Of a stretch of 64,000 nt of DNA, positions 60,226-64,000 are shown piece after piece. The position numbers were made by a program, and so were the translations under genes. The notes under the pieces were generated by a model. That model made no database searches. It had not been told where the DNA came from and saw only the letters and a list, made by a program, of their open reading frames with translations. Position 1 is the first letter of the stretch. Every line of letters begins with the position of its first letter. This DNA comes from Podarcis vaucheri (lineage: Eukaryota): the NCBI GenBank assembly GCA_965113315.1, contig OZ220376.1; one strand, written 5' to 3'.

Positions 60226-61399
60226 CTCAGGTCCAACCCTCTGGAGCAGCAGAAAACAAGCCCGCTCCATTTCCTCAGCATCTCAAACATAGTGTTGGTG
60301 TAGGGTATCACAAGAAATTTTAGTAGCCACTGCAAGCTACCACAATGATCAGATAAGTGATGCTCCTTTAGGTGCTTGCTTGCTCTTGAGAGGACAAGTC
60401 GACCAGTTGCCCCCAGTATTGGAGCCATGGGGCAGATCAGAGGGAGGGCTATGCACCAATCTGTGTATAAATCCTCCATAATAAATGATTAAATAAGCCC
60501 ACTGTTTTCTCTTCCTACCCCAATAAGTGCATTTTTACAAGGGACCTCTCAAACCTGGAGTTGGCTGTGTTGAGGGGCCAAGACAGAAAAGGCCTTGCTC
60601 TCCCTCACCCCTCTCTTCCTGCTAAATTTGCACATGGATATAAACATCAGAGCAACAGAAAACCCTTTTGCGATGACTCATGAGTTTTGGGACTAGGTGT
60701 TGGGTACAGCGAATGATCCTCAGTTCCTATGCCCAAGAACTCCCCCTACCCTATAATCATTTTTCTGCAGTTTCACCACAATGAGTTTTGAGATAACCAC
60801 CTCATTTTAATTTTATTTTAAAATTTTACTGGAGGCAGGAGGGAAAATGTGCTTTTCTTTCTGTTCCCCGTTCGTTCAGCAATGCCGTGTTTGTGCACTG
60901 GAGGTTGGCAGTTAGTTAATTTTGAGCAAGTAGATGTATAAAAAAAAGAGAAGATACTTCCTGTTGATCATAAAGAAGAGCTCTGTCTTCTTCCAGGAAA
61001 ACCACACACACACACACACACACACACGGCACTGAAAGCTGCACTGTAGTATTTCACAAATCTGTTTTTTGTCCACATTGTATTTTGGACCTCCGACAAG
61101 GGCAGTCCAGTCGCCCTTCTGCACAGGGTTTATTCAGAGACCGGCTGTTACAACACAACCTCATTGAATCTGCAGCTGCGGAACAAGGGATTCATTCAGC
61201 CTCCAGTCTATAAATGTTGTGTTTTCCTCCATTGTGAGGAAGCAAAGCTCTGCCACTCTTTAAGGAAAGGACGACGCTGGCCTAGTTTTCACCGAGACAG
61301 TCAACCCAGGGCCAGATTAAGATGGCAGCGTGAGGGAAAGGACAAGATGGCAGCCCCTCATTCCTCAAGCAGTCTTGAGCCCTGTTTGCTATATACAGC

Positions 61400-61676
61400 T
61401 AAAGCACTATTATACTACTTTAAACAGTTATGGCTTCTCCACAAATCCTGGGACCTATAGTTTGTTATGGGGACTGAGAATTGTTAGGAGATCCCCACAG
61501 TTCCCCTCACAGAGCTACAATTCCCAGAGTTCCCTGGGAAGAGGGATTGATAGTTAAACCACTCTGGGAATTGTAGGGTTCTTTTGAAAAAGGAATCACA
61601 TTTTTCTCAGCACCCTTAACAGTTCCCAGGATGCTCTGGGAGCAGCCATGGTTGCTGAAAGTGGTACAGTATTGCC
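61400..61676. mobile_element. Palindromic MITE-like repeat, family P
   Basis: Inner perfect arms CTACAATTCCCAGAGT / ACTCTGGGAATTGTAG; outer arms degenerate. Confidence 0.75.
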
Positions 61677-63717
61677 ACTTCAGAAGAGAAGAGCCCTGAA
61701 GAATCTGGCCAGGAGCCCATCTAATCCAGCATCCTGTTCTCACAATTAAAACAAAAAAAAGCTTGTCCAAATGAAGCCAATCAGTGGTGTATGGCAATCG
61801 CAACATTTTCAGTGATGAGGATGAGCTGCTGACAGAGCTTTCGTCCATGAGCAAATTCTACCTTCCTCCAGAGGAGCTCTCAAAAGAGCGGTGGTTGGCA
61901 GGTTCCCTTCCCTCAATTAAATCCTGTCAGCTGAGAGAACATCCTCTGGCCTCCTCTCCCCCCTCCCCCTTCCCTCAACCAATCTACCCATTTGCTTTAG
62001 TGCTGGATAAAACCAGCTGTGGACCATATGGATACATTGTAAGCTCTTTTGGATTCTCTAAAGTATGATTTAATGACCATGTGCTTGAATGAAGAGCATT
62101 ACGATGGCTATTAGTTGACCTACATAATCAGGGGAAATGGGAGCCGTCAGCATTCCGCTGCCTTCACTTCAGGATTATTTAGTTAAAATGTCCATTCTCA
62201 CACACACCCCACCTCTCGCTTTCCTCTGCTCTGCTTGCTGCTTTTCAGGAGATGCAAATGCTTCTGAATCGTAGAGCTGGAGTGAACTCATAGCAGCTCA
62301 GGCGGAATACTTGCTCAGGCTTTGCGTTGGCAAGGTTTCCAGTTTGGCTCTCAACATCTTCATATAGATATATGAGCCAAACTACATGTGACAGTATGCA
62401 TGGTCTCCAGCTGAGTTTTACTCAAGAGTAGACTCACTGAAATCAATGGCCCTAAGTTGGCCATGCTTATTAATTCCAATAGGTCTACTCTTGAGTAGGA
62501 CAAGCGTTCTATGCAACCCTTGGTATACAAATGCAATTTGCATGCACGTTTCAGATTAGTTTTTTTATATACTGCTTAATCCCAAAATAGGCTTCTAAAG
62601 CAGTTTACAAGTATAAAAGCACCCACCAAGTCTTAAAAGTACAAGCAGGCACAATTAAAATTTGCAATAAAACATGGCCGTTTGAACAGCGCAGCAAGTA
62701 AAGCAGTAGACTTAGGCCAAGGGAAGGTCTGTATAAAATAAGGGAATCTTCAAAAGCTGGCAGGAAACCAATACAGATGTGGCCTCTCATCTTTCGGCAG
62801 TGAGTACATTCCCTAATACCAAGTGCCATCAGTGGAAAAATCCTGCTTCTGCATCACCACTAGCCAATAATCATTACGTCATGCTGAGACTAAATGGGTT
62901 CCAGGTGTTTATCTTAAGACCATCATCAGGCAAAGGTGGGGAACTTGAGTCTTGTAGGAGTTTTTGTACAAACCCTGAGTTGCAAGCTGAGTTGCAAGTT
63001 GTTTTAATGTGCCCTGGAGTGTTTAGGGGCTTGTCCAAGCTGAAGTGGGATCTCTGTGAGACCCTTCAAGTTGTGCATATTTCCTCTTTAAATATAAAAA
63101 TCAAAATTTAGAGGCACTTCCCTTCCTGTAATTTGGCATCCTTGAACCATTCTGTAGGGGTTACAATGTCTGCAAATTTCATCCACTTCTGTAAAAAGGG
63201 AGGGTGGAAGTTTGAGCTGCTTTTGACTCCCCATAGTAGTGATGGGGAAGTAACAGAGATTGTTTTTCATGAAGCAGATTCTGAACTGGACCTGGAGTCA
63301 AACTGGGCAGTGCACAAAACACTCTGGGATGAGGCAGGCTGTTCCTGAAGTAGGATCCAAACTGAATCTTGATCCCACTGCACACACCTAATAAATAGCT
63401 TTAATGAGGGAGCCTGAGCAGCTTTGAGACTGTACGGAAGGAGAGTCCAGTTTTCCCTCTCCCTGCCACGGTCCTAACAACAACTGCTTCTGCATAGTTG
63501 CTTTGAGTTTCCCAGGAAGCTCCCGTTGGCACCAATGAGCTTCACACATCCATGCACCGCAGATTTTCACTTAGTTGATTTAAAACAGGGTTGGGGGACC
63601 TTTTTCAGCTGAGACCCACATTCCTTTCTGGGCAACATGCAAGTTGGGTGGGTGGGGCCAGGGGCATAAAGTGGGAGGGACAATGAATTCAAAATTTCAC
63701 CTTTTGTATAGGAGGCT

Positions 63718-64000
63718 AAGGGTAAAGGGACCCCTGACCATTAGGTCCAGTCGTGACTGACTCTGGGGTTAAGGTGCTCATTTCGCTTTATTGGCCGAGG
63801 GAGCCGGCGTACAGCTTCCGGGTCATGTGGCCAGCATGACTAAGCCGCTTCTGGCGAACCAGAGCAGCGCATGGAAACGCCGTTTATCTTCCCGCCAGAG
63901 CGGTACCTATTTATCTACTTGCACGTTGACGTGCTTTCGAACTGCTAGGTTGGCAGGAGCAGGGACCGAACAACAGGAGCTCACCGCGTTGCGGGGATTG
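63718..64000 (-). mobile_element. Sauria SINE (runs off the window end), inserted in a hAT-like remnant starting about 63587
   Basis: AAGGGTAAAGGGACCCCTGACC tail and SINE body in reverse. Confidence 0.93.

Overview
Vertebrate, repeat-rich, essentially non-coding DNA. The repeat content (Sauria/POM-type SINEs, BovB, L2 with (TTA)n tails, CR1, Tigger-like and hAT MITEs) points to a squamate, most likely a lacertid lizard such as Podarcis or Lacerta; this is inferred from repeat families recognised by eye. No complete host gene is present, and the long ORFs in the track are either retroelement fragments or chance frames. The window looks like long intron(s) on the + strand. It has two candidate microexons (4284-4318 and 40917-40955) and several repeat-free, TAAT-rich stretches that may be conserved enhancers. 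Well-bounded elements include two solo LTRs with target-site duplications (TSDs), seven copies of one Tigger-like MITE, several hAT MITEs with 8-bp TSDs and many nested insertions. The most interesting leads are: a structured RNA resembling a twister-ribozyme variant at the head of an RTE-like element (about 13.7 kb); a DNA MITE that captured an L2 3' end and spread as a composite; two BovB copies sharing a 5' breakpoint; and an inverted SINE pair nested in one MITE. Family names come from memory of consensus features, not from a database search.
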